Of a stretch of 64,000 bases of DNA, positions 63,827-64,000 are shown in pieces (position 1 is the stretch's first letter; every line of letters begins with the position of its first letter). Origin of the DNA: a virus; IMG/VR virus record IMGVR_UViG_2936333065_000001, positions 2,543 through 66,542 of that record. One strand, 5' to 3'. Both the position numbers and the translations under genes were made by a program. Below the pieces are notes generated by a model. The model worked only from the letters and a program-made list of their open reading frames with translations. It did no database searches and had not been told where the DNA came from.

Positions 63827-64000
63827 ATGCGTTATAGAAAACAAGATGAACAGGGTGATTATAGCTTTGGGTCGGGTTTGAATGATTTCCATATAGATCG
63901 TTCTGAAGCGGTCGCTCTAGCAATAGAAACTCGACTCAAATTATGGGTAGGTGAGTGGTTTGCCGATACATCAGATGGCACAGGATGGTCACAAGCGATA
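63827..64000 (+). CDS. Baseplate wedge protein, 3' truncated by window edge
   Basis: Own translation MRYRKQDEQGDYSFG...AV..AI.TRL.LW.GEWF.D. Confidence 0.8.
   Translation, partial: MRYRKQDEQGDYSFGSGLNDFHIDRSEAVALAIETRLKLWVGEWFADTSDGTGWSQAI

Larger units (their letters stand above)
31600..64000 (+). mobile_element. Prophage 2 (temperate myovirus-type); right end outside window
   Basis: Left arm, cI/cro, replication, head, sheath/tube and baseplate gene order starting at the att core. Confidence 0.93.

Overview
AT-rich window (Acinetobacter-type gene content, by inference) made up entirely of two tandem prophages. Prophage 1 (<1 to about 31,550) is the right part of a lambdoid siphovirus: replication and nin region, HNH/cos packaging, HK97-type head, lambda-type tail (G/GT frameshift, tape measure with a lytic transglycosylase domain, M/L/K/I/J), a C4-like antisense-controlled antirepressor, several morons and a holin/endolysin/spanin cassette. 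A 47-nt 3' fragment of tRNA-Val(GAC) at 31553-31599, with flanking arm-type repeats, marks the att junction. Prophage 2 (about 31,600 to >64,000) is the left part of a contractile-tailed phage: putative excisionase with no adjacent integrase, recombination genes, cI/cro switch, replication, PBSX-type terminase, DUF1073 portal, DUF2184 capsid, DUF3383 sheath, tape measure with a SleB-like hydrolase, and baseplate genes. Main novelty candidates: (i) an exact 28-bp repeat / 32-bp spacer / 28-bp repeat insertion inside a phage gene, with type I-F CRISPR spacer-integration geometry; (ii) a tape-measure cell-wall hydrolase next to a secreted SH3-like candidate inhibitor; (iii) two small ORFs carrying copies of tail-protein interaction peptides (possible decoys); (iv) hairpin-led small membrane-peptide cassettes upstream of both tape measure genes. 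All family names come from motif recognition and gene order, not from database searches.
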